This document shows, piece after piece, positions 30,418 through 39,914 of a stretch of 64,000 bases of DNA. The translations under genes were made by a program, and so were the position numbers. The DNA lies in the NCBI GenBank assembly GCA_028712365.1, contig JAQTQE010000004.1, positions 13,806 to 77,805 of the forward strand. Reading direction: 5' to 3'. The number at the start of each line of letters is the position of its first letter. Within the stretch, counting starts at the first letter, position 1. Origin of the DNA: a bacterium. Lineage in GTDB: Bacteria > CAYTYR01 > UBA6262. Under the pieces are notes generated by a model. It was not told the origin of the DNA and did no database searches. It saw only the letters and a list, made by a program, of their open reading frames with translations.

Positions 30418-31596
30418 ATGCTTAAGGGCAAGGAAATAGTCGTCGGGATCACCGGCGGCATTGCCGCGTATAAAGCTGCTTATATTGTCAGCCGGTTAAA
30501 AAAAGAACAAGCCCGGGTCACTGTCGTTATGACCAAAATGGCCCAGGAGTTTGTCACTCCGCTGACTTTCCAGTCTTTAACTGCCAATCAGGTTATAACT
30601 GAACTGGTCATGACCCCAAAGCAATGGGAGATCGAACATATCGCGCTGGCTAAAAAAGCCGACTTGGTGCTCATAGCTCCGGCCACTGCTAATTTTATTG
30701 ATAAATGCGCCGCTGGTATTGCCGATGATTTCTTGAGCACGTTGGTGTTAGCGACTAAAGCGCCGATCATGATCTGCCCGGCGATGAACAAAAACATGTA
30801 TGAAAACCAGTTGGTACAGGAAAATATCCGGAAACTGGCAAAAAGAAAAATGATCATTATTGATCCGGAGACCGGCCGTTTAGCCTGCGGAGACGAAGGA
30901 GCCGGGCGATTAGCCGGTGAAGAGAAGATCTTAGCCGCTATTCGTTCTATTCTTATTCCTCATGCGGATTTCCAGGATAAAACAGTACTGATCACTGCCG
31001 GACCTACGCAAGAGCCACTGGACGCCATCCGTTTCATTTCCAACCGGTCTAGCGGCAAAATGGGCTATGCCTTGGCCCGTGAAGCCGCTATTCGCGGGGC
31101 TGACGTGATCCTGGTCACCGGGCCGACCAGCCTGATACCTCCCAAAGAAGCTACCGTCATCCATGTCCGGACAGCCTTGGAAATGTATGAAAAGGTATTG
31201 TCCCATTATCCGGCCGCGGATATAGTCATTGCCGCCAGCGCGGTAGGGGATTTCCGGCCGCGTAATTTAGTGCCGGGAAAAATGAAGAAAAAAAGCAGAT
31301 TAAACCTGGCATTGATCGGTAACCCTGATATCCTGCAAGAACTGGGAAAACGTAAGAAGAAACAATTATTGGTCGGATTTGCCGCGGAAAGCAGTCAGCT
31401 CCTGGCTAATGCCAGGAAAAAAATGCGTGCCAAGAACCTGGACTTGATCATTGCCAATAAAATCGAGGATGGTTTCAACAAAGATACTAATAAAGTTCTT
31501 TTACTCTGGGGCCAAAAAGGCCGGAAAGCCCTGCCGGTATTACCGAAAGAAAAAGTAGCAAAAGAAATTCTTGACAAGATAAGAACCTTGTGTTAA
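30418..31596 (+). CDS. coaBC: bifunctional phosphopantothenoylcysteine decarboxylase/phosphopantothenate--cysteine ligase CoaBC
   Basis: 392 aa. N-terminal flavoprotein motif GITGGIAAYKA and a C-terminal CoaB domain. Confidence 0.9.
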   Translation: MLKGKEIVVGITGGIAAYKAAYIVSRLKKEQARVTVVMTKMAQEFVTPLTFQSLTANQVITELVMTPKQWEIEHIALAKKADLVLIAPATANFIDKCAAGIADDFLSTLVLATKAPIMICPAMNKNMYENQLVQENIRKLAKRKMIIIDPETGRLACGDEGAGRLAGEEKILAAIRSILIPHADFQDKTVLITAGPTQEPLDAIRFISNRSSGKMGYALAREAAIRGADVILVTGPTSLIPPKEATVIHVRTALEMYEKVLSHYPAADIVIAASAVGDFRPRNLVPGKMKKKSRLNLALIGNPDILQELGKRKKKQLLVGFAAESSQLLANARKKMRAKNLDLIIANKIEDGFNKDTNKVLLLWGQKGRKALPVLPKEKVAKEILDKIRTLC

Positions 31597-31637
31597 AAAA
31601 AGGAAACACAATTTCTCTTCATCCGGAGAATTAATTA

Positions 31638-33815
31638 ATGAATAAGCTAAAATTTATAATACTTACTCTGGTAACAGCGGTAAGTATTTTATTTTTAGTA
31701 TCCCCGGCAGCCGCCGCCCCGAACGCTCCTACCGGATTTACCGCGGTTAATTTTGGCGGGCCGATCAGGCTGGCTTGGACTGCTAGTACCGGAGGGGTAG
31801 GAACAGTCACCTACACTGTTTACCGCGTTGAAGCCGATTCTACTACCATTCCCACAAATCCTCCTACAGGCGCTGGTACTTACGGCGCCTACGCCCAAAC
31901 CGTTACTTTCGGGATCACCAGTACCAGCTATGTCGATACATCAGTGAGTGACGGTACTACTTATTATTACTTTGTCACTGGAAATGACGGTACCGGGGAA
32001 AGCAGTCCCGCTACTACGGTCAGTTCCGCCACTAGTGATTATCCCGATGCTGATGCTGGCTACTATCTGACTCTTTCCGCGACAGAAACAACGATAGACT
32101 ATGAGACCAGTACCTTAGCCAACCCTTCCACCGGGACAATTATTACCTACAATATTAGTGATACAGACCAGGCTGGACACAGGTTTGTCGCGGCTAAGAT
32201 CAATTATGACATAATAGATAATTTTACCGATACTACCATCTATAAAGAAATTCAGGAAATATCCGGAGGTAGCACCGGCATTAATACCGGCCAGATCACC
32301 TGGGATGGCCGCTGGTTCAACACTACCCAGTATACCAAGCATAATGGCTCTTACACTGTTCAAGTTTGGGCTACTGATTTTGCCGGTACCGATCATCCAA
32401 AAGTGACGCTTACTATTACGGTGCACGCGGTGCATGTTAATGATGTGATCCAAACCTTTACCGATTTCGGTACTACTACTATCGCGCATAGCCTGCCGAT
32501 GCATTTTTCCTACCAATTGACCCAGGATGCCTGGACTACCATCACTATATATAATACGAATGGGACCGTGACCACCTCTGATGATACTCTGGTTAAGCGG
32601 TTTACTTATTCCGCGCCGCGCAATAGTGAAGGGCAGGATCGTAATTTCCGTGAATACCAGACCTGGGATGGTACTGATGAAAACATTAAATTAGTGCCAA
32701 CCGGGATTTATCGGTTCGCTATTGATGCTTATTTTGATCATACCGGCGCTGCCGACCGGGACACTGCTGAGGGCCGGGGCTGGACTTTTGCCCTGGATAA
32801 AAGGATCGTGGATATCACCACCACTGGTATTAGTGCCAGCAATGCGCTGGCCAGCATTAAATATACCTTGAGCGAAACTGCCAATGTCAAGATCAAGATC
32901 TGCAAATCCAGCACGACCTTTTCGACTGATAGTACTACCGGTGAAGCGATTCCCAGCCCAGCGGCCAATTTAGTAAAAACTTTTACCTTTTACCAACAAA
33001 GTTCTGGAGAACAGGAAATTACCTGGGACGGCAATGATGAAGGCGGCGTGGCCATGGGAAAAGGCGTATATTTTGTGGTTATAACTGCTACCGACGCGGA
33101 AGGTAATAGGTTCTTTAATACTTCTGGCACTGATAACCTTTTCCGCACCTCTGTTTCCATTGATAAAACCGCTATCCAGATAGCTACTGATTCTACGGCG
33201 CCGACAGTGTCTTCGGTTACCCCGGCTAATGGCGCCATCCTGACCAGTTCATTCACGGAAGTAAGCGCTGTACTGGCGGATAATACCGGAGGATCTGGCG
33301 TGGACCTGGCCAACTCTACTATCACCATGACTGATCCTGGCGGGAGCATTGTTACCGGCACCCAATCCAATAATGGCAGCGATACCATTACGCTGACCGT
33401 TGCCGCGCAAACCATAAACGGTACTTACACTTTACGGATCACACCCAGGGACTTGGTCGGTAATGTAGCGTCGCAAGCAACCTATACTTTCAGTTTGAAT
33501 ACCAGTGGCGAAGAAGGAGATTTTAAGGAATCTGTGTTCATCTATCCGAATCCTGTTAAAGGAAGAAGTGCCACTTTTGCATATTCCCTGGCTGGCGCGG
33601 CTACCGTGACTATTGATGTGTATACTATATTGGGTGAAAAGATCTGGTCAAAAGTGATTTATGATAACAGCTCAGGTGATAAAAGGGTGAGTTGGAGAAT
33701 CATTAATAACGATGGCGAAGTCCTGGCCGATGACTTATACCTGTATAAGATCACAGCTGAATATTCGAACGGCAATACCAGGACTGCCACCAAGAAACTG
33801 ATAATTTCAAAATAG
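31638..33815 (+). CDS. secreted multi-Ig-like-domain protein with FlgD-Ig-like repeats and a T9SS-type C-terminal sorting domain
   Basis: 725 aa. Signal peptide. At least three WDG(R/T/N)D motifs of FlgD-Ig-like domains. C-terminal about 80 aa begins IYPNPVKG and ends KKLIISK, like Por_Secre_tail. Confidence 0.6.
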   Translation: MNKLKFIILTLVTAVSILFLVSPAAAAPNAPTGFTAVNFGGPIRLAWTASTGGVGTVTYTVYRVEADSTTIPTNPPTGAGTYGAYAQTVTFGITSTSYVDTSVSDGTTYYYFVTGNDGTGESSPATTVSSATSDYPDADAGYYLTLSATETTIDYETSTLANPSTGTIITYNISDTDQAGHRFVAAKINYDIIDNFTDTTIYKEIQEISGGSTGINTGQITWDGRWFNTTQYTKHNGSYTVQVWATDFAGTDHPKVTLTITVHAVHVNDVIQTFTDFGTTTIAHSLPMHFSYQLTQDAWTTITIYNTNGTVTTSDDTLVKRFTYSAPRNSEGQDRNFREYQTWDGTDENIKLVPTGIYRFAIDAYFDHTGAADRDTAEGRGWTFALDKRIVDITTTGISASNALASIKYTLSETANVKIKICKSSTTFSTDSTTGEAIPSPAANLVKTFTFYQQSSGEQEITWDGNDEGGVAMGKGVYFVVITATDAEGNRFFNTSGTDNLFRTSVSIDKTAIQIATDSTAPTVSSVTPANGAILTSSFTEVSAVLADNTGGSGVDLANSTITMTDPGGSIVTGTQSNNGSDTITLTVAAQTINGTYTLRITPRDLVGNVASQATYTFSLNTSGEEGDFKESVFIYPNPVKGRSATFAYSLAGAATVTIDVYTILGEKIWSKVIYDNSSGDKRVSWRIINNDGEVLADDLYLYKITAEYSNGNTRTATKKLIISK

Positions 33816-33819
33816 AGGT

Positions 33820-34767
33820 ATGAATTTGAGCAAGAAAGAAAAATTACTGCTTTTTATACTGCTATCTGCTATCTGCCATCTGCCATCTGTTTTGACAGCT
33901 GCTACCAGCCAGACCGGTACTACTACAGCCTCGTTCCTGAAAATAGAGACTGGGGCCAGGCCGGTGGGCATGGGCGGGGCATACGTCGCGGTTGTTGATG
34001 ATATCAATGCTGTTTATTGGAATCCAGCCGGATTAGTGCAGTTGCAATCCAGGGAATTTAGTTTTATTCATACTGCCTGGCTGGAAAAAATACATCATGA
34101 GACTGTATCCTTTGCGGCACCGGGGAACCAGAGATTCGCTTATGGTTTGAGCGTGGTTTTTTTCGGCACTACGGATATAGACCGGCGCACTGCCGCTGGC
34201 ATAAATGATGGCAAAGCCAAAGTAGCAGATTATTATGAAAGTGTTTCACTGGCCTGGAAACTGATGGATAACACCAGCATCGGCGCGACCCTGAAGAGCA
34301 TCCAGATGACCCTGGACAATGATAAAGGATCAGGCTATGCCCTGGACCTGGGAGCGCTGCAAAAATTACCGTTGAATATGAGTGTGGGCATTATGGTGCA
34401 GAATCTGGGGCCAAAAATGAAAGCAGTGGATACCAGTGAAAAATTGCCCACCAATGTCAAGACCGGATTGGCCTGGAGAGCCTTGGATAATAAACTTGTA
34501 TTAGCCGGGGATATTGACCTGCCCAATGACCGGGAAATGAAATTCCATGCCGGCGCTGAATACCAATTCAACAGGCTATTCGCTTTGCGCGCCGGATATG
34601 AAGATGTAGGTTCTCTGGGCAATTCCAGCGGAATGACTGCCGGTATCAGTATTAATGAAGATATGCTGGATGAGATATTGAACGTAAATATGCAGTTTGA
34701 CTATTCCTGGTTGTATTTTGGTGAACTTGGTTCAACGCATAGGATAGGGATCAGTGTAAAGTTTTAA
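33820..34767 (+). CDS. putative outer-membrane beta-barrel, PorV/FadL-like
   Basis: 315 aa. Signal peptide. N-terminal GARPVGMGGAY...NPAGL motif as in FadL/PorV-family barrels. C-terminal aromatic residue (VKF). Confidence 0.5.
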   Translation: MNLSKKEKLLLFILLSAICHLPSVLTAATSQTGTTTASFLKIETGARPVGMGGAYVAVVDDINAVYWNPAGLVQLQSREFSFIHTAWLEKIHHETVSFAAPGNQRFAYGLSVVFFGTTDIDRRTAAGINDGKAKVADYYESVSLAWKLMDNTSIGATLKSIQMTLDNDKGSGYALDLGALQKLPLNMSVGIMVQNLGPKMKAVDTSEKLPTNVKTGLAWRALDNKLVLAGDIDLPNDREMKFHAGAEYQFNRLFALRAGYEDVGSLGNSSGMTAGISINEDMLDEILNVNMQFDYSWLYFGELGSTHRIGISVKF

Positions 34768-34836
34768 CCGTAAATTTAGCGAAGAAAAGAAGCGAAAAAC
34801 ACAAATAGATAAGAAGGTGAAGATATACGATTACAG

Positions 34837-34866
34837 AAGCAGGGTATTATGACCTGCTTTTTTTTA
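34837..34866 (+). terminator. intrinsic terminator after the PorV-like gene
   Basis: AAGCAGG/CCTGCTT stem followed by T8. Confidence 0.65.
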
Positions 34867-34895
34867 ATATTCGAGAAATTCGCTAAGGACAAACT

Positions 34896-35660
34896 ATGTC
34901 AAACAATGATCTACAGCAGGTGATCAGGGATTTTAAGGCTTATTTGGAACAGGAGCAAAGAAAAGGGTTGAAAGCTGTTCCTAGAACGGTCAACCGGCCT
35001 AAAATAATAGCTAAATTTAAAGCTAAAGCTGCTACCGTTGGTCTTGGCAAAAGCGCGGCTCTTGACCAACTCCATCAGGAATACGCCGGTTGCCAGAATT
35101 GCCCTTTGGGACGGACCAGGAATAAATTTGTCTTTGGCGAGGGCAGTGCAGATGCCCGCTTAATGTTTATTGGCGAAGGACCTGGTTTTGATGAAGACCA
35201 GACTGGCCGGCCTTTTATCGGCAAGGCCGGGCAATTGCTGACTAAGGCGATAGAAACAACAATAGATCTCCAACGGGAAGAGGTCTACATAGGAAATATT
35301 GTAAAATGCCATCCTATGAAAAACCCGGATCAGCCAACGCTGCGCGGCAATGACCGGCCGCCGGCAGCTGAGGAAATGAATGCCTGTTTACCGATAATTA
35401 CCCGGCAAATAGAGATAATTAAACCGGAGATAATTTGTTTATTAGGCCGGACAGCGGCCCAGGCGATTCTCAGGTCAAATGCCGGGATACACGAATTGCG
35501 CGATAAATTCCATATTTTAAACTTTAGCGGGCATGAGGTTAAATGTATTGCCACGGTCCATCCTGCCAGCTGCCTGTATGATCCCGCCAATAAGAAGTAT
35601 GTCTGGGAAGACTTCAAGAAGATCAGAGCTCTCCTGAAAAAGACATCTACACAGATTTAA
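34896..35660 (+). CDS. udg: uracil-DNA glycosylase family 4 (Fe-S cluster UDG) with N-terminal extension
   Basis: Motifs GEGPG, CxxC and GRPFIGKAG of family-4 UDG. About 60 aa of N-terminal extension. Confidence 0.8.
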   Translation: MSNNDLQQVIRDFKAYLEQEQRKGLKAVPRTVNRPKIIAKFKAKAATVGLGKSAALDQLHQEYAGCQNCPLGRTRNKFVFGEGSADARLMFIGEGPGFDEDQTGRPFIGKAGQLLTKAIETTIDLQREEVYIGNIVKCHPMKNPDQPTLRGNDRPPAAEEMNACLPIITRQIEIIKPEIICLLGRTAAQAILRSNAGIHELRDKFHILNFSGHEVKCIATVHPASCLYDPANKKYVWEDFKKIRALLKKTSTQI

Positions 35661-35677
35661 AAAGAGATTTCACAGCT

Positions 35678-37630
35678 ATGAAAGGTACTATGAATAATTT
35701 TGCTAAAGTCATTATCCCCGGAATCGCCCTTGACCGGTTATTTGACTATGCCATTCCCCCGGGATTAAAAGAAGACATCCGGGTCGGACATTTGGTTAAT
35801 GTCAATTTTGGCCACCAGGATATCCAAGCGATAGTGTCTGAACTATTGCCAAAAAGCAAAATCCCCAAAGCCAAGGATATTATCAGTATCGTTTCACCGC
35901 AGCCATTTTTAAGTGAGACTATGCTGGAACTGACTCACTGGATCGCTGATCATTATTTTTGTTCATGGGGCGAGGCGATCGAAGCGTGCTTAATAAAACC
36001 GGTCAAACGACCGGTTAAGGTTGAGAAAATAAAAGAGCAAAAAAATCTCGATTTGCCGGGTTTATTGACGGGTGAACAAAACAGGATACTGGAACAGTTG
36101 AGAACTTTTCAGCAGGATCTAAACAATAAACCGGTCCTGCTCTGGGGCGGGCTGACGAGCGAAAGGATCACTATCTACCTGGAACTGGTAGATCCCTTAA
36201 TTAAAAGCCAGCGCCAGGTCCTGATCATAGTTCCACAGATAGGGATGATAGACCTATTACAGCATCATTTTTCCGCGCGCTATCCCGGGAAAGTAATTTC
36301 TTTGCATAGCGGTCTTTCCACCGGTGAAAAGCACAAGGCCTGGGAAGAAATAAGGACCGGCAAAGTCTCAATAATCCTGGGGACCAGGATGGCGGTATTC
36401 TATAGTTTTCAAAAATTGGGACTCATGATCATGGAGGATGAGCAGGACACAGCCTATAAGTCAGACCAAAAACCAATGTATCATACCCGAGATGTAGTCG
36501 CGAAAAAAGCTGAACTGGAGAGGATTCCCCTGATTTTTGCGACTGCCGCTCCCTCTGCCGAAAGCTATTACAAAGCCATCAAGGATGATTATAAATTACT
36601 AAAATTTGGCAATCTTTTTGACCAGGAAATCGTAAAAATACAGGTACAGGAATTGCCTAAGCGCATCCAAAAAGACACGCTGGTTTATTTCAGCCAATCC
36701 TTTATTCAGGCAATTGAATCGCGGCTGCAAAAGCAGGAGCGTGCCGCTTTTTTTGTCAATATGCGCGGCTATTCCACGTATGTCTATTGCCGGATGTGCA
36801 AGTTTGTAATGAAATGTCCTGATTGTGATGTGGCTTTAACCGTGAGTGCCGAGAAGAATACACTGTATTGCCGTTATTGCCAATATACCCAGAAACAGAC
36901 CACTGAATGCCCATCCTGCCATACTCAGCACTTGAGACCGATAGGGATCGGCATGGAGACAGTGACCGCTGCGCTGCAGGATATTTTCCCGCAGGCCAAG
37001 ATCAAGCGCATTGACGCGCAAACCTATGAACAAAGCAATAATCTAAGAGATATTGATATCATCATAGGAACACAAGTCTTAAATAAATATGATTATTTAC
37101 CTAATACGACTTTATTAGGAGTATTGTTAATAGACCTTTTATTGAACCTGCCGGATTTCCGGGCTGCTGAACATACTTTCCAAACCTTGATCGGATTGAT
37201 CCAGCGTTTGGATACTGCCAAAGGAAATACAGAAGTGATCATCCAGGCTGAGAATGTGGATCATTATTTGCTGGCATCAATAAAGAACCAGGATTGGGCT
37301 AGTTTTTACCGCCTGGAGCTGGAATTCCGTAAACAGTTGAAATATCCGCCGTTCGGGAGCCTGGCGCAAGTAGAGGTCCGGGGAGCGGATAAGGATAAAG
37401 TAGAAAAAGCGGCGCTGGCTCTGGCCGGGGAATTCAAGAAATCAACGATAAAAGTGTATGGCCCGGCGCCGTCATTCAGGGCTAAATTGCGGGGGCAGTA
37501 CCGACAGCATATTATGCTGAAATCGTCCAGCCATAACGCCTTGATCAAAGTGCTGCAGAAAGTGAAGCCAAACAAGCGCACCACTGCTATCACCATTAGC
37601 ACTGACGTCGATCCAGTTGAAGTGCTTTAA
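35678..37630 (+). CDS. priA: primosomal protein N' (PriA) homolog with degenerate helicase motifs I/II
   Basis: 650 aa. N-terminal 3' DNA-binding region (RLFDYAIP). Zn-binding CxxC-CxxC block. Walker A reads GGLTSERI and the DEEH box reads EDEQ. Confidence 0.8.
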   Translation: MKGTMNNFAKVIIPGIALDRLFDYAIPPGLKEDIRVGHLVNVNFGHQDIQAIVSELLPKSKIPKAKDIISIVSPQPFLSETMLELTHWIADHYFCSWGEAIEACLIKPVKRPVKVEKIKEQKNLDLPGLLTGEQNRILEQLRTFQQDLNNKPVLLWGGLTSERITIYLELVDPLIKSQRQVLIIVPQIGMIDLLQHHFSARYPGKVISLHSGLSTGEKHKAWEEIRTGKVSIILGTRMAVFYSFQKLGLMIMEDEQDTAYKSDQKPMYHTRDVVAKKAELERIPLIFATAAPSAESYYKAIKDDYKLLKFGNLFDQEIVKIQVQELPKRIQKDTLVYFSQSFIQAIESRLQKQERAAFFVNMRGYSTYVYCRMCKFVMKCPDCDVALTVSAEKNTLYCRYCQYTQKQTTECPSCHTQHLRPIGIGMETVTAALQDIFPQAKIKRIDAQTYEQSNNLRDIDIIIGTQVLNKYDYLPNTTLLGVLLIDLLLNLPDFRAAEHTFQTLIGLIQRLDTAKGNTEVIIQAENVDHYLLASIKNQDWASFYRLELEFRKQLKYPPFGSLAQVEVRGADKDKVEKAALALAGEFKKSTIKVYGPAPSFRAKLRGQYRQHIMLKSSSHNALIKVLQKVKPNKRTTAITISTDVDPVEVL

Positions 37631-37645
37631 GAGCAGTAGAAGTAA

Positions 37646-37748
37646 GGTGAAGGTTGTAGAAGTAGGTATGGAAGTAGGGCTAAAGTTTGTGGTTTAAGCC
37701 TAACACCCATTGACTTCAGACCAAACTTACTTCCAAAACTTACACCTA
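37646..37748 (+). repeat. about 100-bp intergenic repeat element, copy B
   Basis: See copy A. Lies between priA and a small ORF. Confidence 0.7.
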
Positions 37749-37792
37749 TTAACTGTTCCTCGTATTGACTGTACTTAAAAAAGGGAGCGGGT

Positions 37793-38080
37793 ATGAACAA
37801 ATATCTTACTGTATTAAAAGTGGCGGCGCGGACATTTTTAATTATCTTCCTGCTAAGCTGTATCGGCCAGCTTATGGTCGACCGTACTTACGGGAAGGGG
37901 GCTCCGGTAGAATATGCCAATAAGTTCTATTTCTTTAACCGGGCTAAGTCATTAATGCCCATTTCGCCGGATCTATACGCCAAAGCTAAAATTATTGAGG
38001 AATTATTCTCATTTTCACTGCTCTTGGCTCTTATCCTGAATGTGCTATATCAATACGAAAAAAGGAAATTACGGTTATAA
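37793..38080 (+). CDS. small hypothetical membrane protein
   Basis: 95 aa. Two hydrophobic segments. No homolog I can recognise. Confidence 0.35.
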   Translation: MNKYLTVLKVAARTFLIIFLLSCIGQLMVDRTYGKGAPVEYANKFYFFNRAKSLMPISPDLYAKAKIIEELFSFSLLLALILNVLYQYEKRKLRL

Positions 38081-38102
38081 ACGGTTAAGCCGCAGGAAGG
38101 CC

Positions 38103-38137
38103 TTGACAAAAACAGGATTTTCTGCTAATTATATATT
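38103..38137 (+). promoter_or_regulatory. sigma70-like promoter (TTGACA-17-TAATTA)
   Basis: Consensus -35 TTGACA at 38103-38108 with an AT-rich -10 region. Confidence 0.45.
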
Positions 38138-38243
38138 AGTCATATGAAAGACGTACAGTCACGGAGAATGCCACGGCGTCAAAGATATGACTAAACTTGG
38201 GATGGAAACAAAGTGATTTTCTCAGGTTTTTTAGCCAGGGAAC

Positions 38244-38270
38244 CGGGTCTACTTTAACTAAGTAGACCCG
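38244..38270 (+). terminator. perfect 11-bp hairpin (possible end of a short transcript from the 38103 promoter)
   Basis: CGGGTCTACTT-taact-AAGTAGACCCG. The downstream T-tract is weak. Confidence 0.35.
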
Positions 38271-38355
38271 ATTCATTTATAAAGGCCGAATTACGCGAAC
38301 AAAAGCAGCGAATAAGGGCCAAATTAAATTATTAGCAACATTAGCTATTTTATCG

Positions 38356-38384
38356 TTGACATTAGCGCCAAAATAGTATATATT
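38356..38384 (+). promoter_or_regulatory. near-consensus sigma70 promoter TTGACA-17-TATATT upstream of def
   Basis: -35 at 38356-38361, 17-nt spacer, -10 at 38379-38384. Confidence 0.55.
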
Positions 38385-38388
38385 TAAC

Positions 38389-38435
38389 AAGGCAATCTTC
38401 TATGACAATAGAGGATTGCCTTAAATTATTATTTT
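38389..38435 (+). promoter_or_regulatory. leader hairpin plus U-tract (attenuator/terminator-like) between promoter and def start
   Basis: AAGGCAATCTTCT / AGAGGATTGCCTT 13-bp stem with one mismatch, followed by aaattattatttt. Confidence 0.5.
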
Positions 38436-38458
38436 AAGGATTTAGTCTAAGGTGTTTT

Positions 38459-38956
38459 ATGAGTATAATGGACATAAAAACCTACGGGGATCCATGTCTT
38501 CGTAAGAAAAATGAAGATATCAAGGAAGTCACACCGGAAGTACTTAAACTGGTGAATGATATGCTGGAAACCATGTATGCCAATAAAGGGGTTGGTTTGG
38601 CCGCGCCCCAGGTAGGCATAAATAAAAACCTATTGGTGGTTGATGTCGGGGATGTGTCAGGCAAGCATGAATTGGTCGTGCTGATCAATCCTGAGATCCT
38701 TTCTAAGGAAGGATCAGATGTAATGGAAGAGGCCTGCTTATCCTGTCCCAGGGCTAGCGTAAAGATAACACGGGCAAATAAAACTGTAGTTCAGGCTATC
38801 AACCAAAAGGGTGAAAAGGTCATCCGTGAAGATAGCGGTTTTTTATCCCGGGCGATACAGCATGAAATGGATCATCTAAAGGGTAAATTGATCATTGATT
38901 TTGCTGGTTTCTTCGAAAAGATAAAACTTAAAGGCAAGATGAAGAAGCGGAGCTAA
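38459..38956 (+). CDS. def: peptide deformylase Def
   Basis: 165 aa. Motifs GVGLAAPQ, EACLS and QHEMDHL. Confidence 0.92.
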   Translation: MSIMDIKTYGDPCLRKKNEDIKEVTPEVLKLVNDMLETMYANKGVGLAAPQVGINKNLLVVDVGDVSGKHELVVLINPEILSKEGSDVMEEACLSCPRASVKITRANKTVVQAINQKGEKVIREDSGFLSRAIQHEMDHLKGKLIIDFAGFFEKIKLKGKMKKRS

Positions 38957-38957
38957 A

Positions 38958-39914
38958 ATGCGTGTTATTTTCATGGGCACACCCGAATACGCGGTGCCTT
39001 TCCTGCAATCGCTCATAGGTCTGGGAGAAGAAGTAGTCGGCGTGGTAACTATGCCGGATAAGCCGGTAGGCAGGAAGCAGGAAATACAAGAACCGCCGGT
39101 AAAAGTATTAGCTAAAAAAAAGAATATCCCGGTATTCCAACCGGCAAAGATAAATGAAACCAGCTCTTTGGAAGCATTGAAAAATCTAGATCCTGACCTG
39201 GCAATAGTAGTTGGTTTTGGGCAGATACTGAGCCAAAAACTACTGGACTTGCCTAAATTAGGAACGATCAATGTGCATTTTTCATTATTGCCTAAATACC
39301 GGGGAGCCAGTCCGATCCAGGCCGCGATCATCAATGGCGAAGAAAAGACCGGCATTTCCACCATGTTCCTGGTTAAAAAACTGGACAGTGGCCCGGTGCT
39401 TTTGCAACAAGAGATCCCTATCGATAAAAAGGATACGGCTGTCACCCTGACTGCAAAACTGACCAAAGTTGGCGTGGAAGTATTAAAAGAAACCGTCTTA
39501 CTGATCAGAGAGGGTAAAGTCGCAGCAAAACCTCAGGATGAAGCGCTTTCTTCTTATGCTCCCCTGTTAGTTAAGGAAAGCGGCTTAATAGACTGGAAAA
39601 AGAGTTCAAAAGAATTATATGATTTTATCCGCGGGATGTATCCCTGGCCTGGCGCATTCACGTTTTATGAACACGGCGGCAGGAAACATATGCTGAAGAT
39701 CTGGGAAGCGGAGGAAATACCCAGGATAGAATTGGATCACAAAGCCGCGGCTAACGGAACGATCCTGGATGTGCTGAAAAATCATGGTTTTGCGGTAAAG
39801 TGCGGACAAGGTGGATTGCTTTTGACCAGGGTGCAATCTGAAGGCGGGAAAGTAATGCCAGCTTATAACTTTGTCATTGGTCATCATCTCAAGAAGGGTG
39901 ACAGGTTAGGATGA
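38958..39914 (+). CDS. fmt: methionyl-tRNA formyltransferase Fmt
   Basis: 318 aa. Formyltransferase N-domain (HFSLLPKYRGASPIQ). Confidence 0.92.
   Translation: MRVIFMGTPEYAVPFLQSLIGLGEEVVGVVTMPDKPVGRKQEIQEPPVKVLAKKKNIPVFQPAKINETSSLEALKNLDPDLAIVVGFGQILSQKLLDLPKLGTINVHFSLLPKYRGASPIQAAIINGEEKTGISTMFLVKKLDSGPVLLQQEIPIDKKDTAVTLTAKLTKVGVEVLKETVLLIREGKVAAKPQDEALSSYAPLLVKESGLIDWKKSSKELYDFIRGMYPWPGAFTFYEHGGRKHMLKIWEAEEIPRIELDHKAAANGTILDVLKNHGFAVKCGQGGLLLTRVQSEGGKVMPAYNFVIGHHLKKGDRLG

Noticed and set aside
33860-33895. Short tandem repeat ctatctg/ccatctg
   Set aside because: It encodes the hydrophobic signal peptide (LSAICHLPSV) of the PorV-like gene. Too short to call as a repeat feature. The similar ATCTGCTATCTGC at 43352 is probably coincidental.
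38876-39466. 196-aa minus-strand ORF antisense to fmt
   Set aside because: Overlaps the conserved def-fmt pair. Typical antisense artefact.
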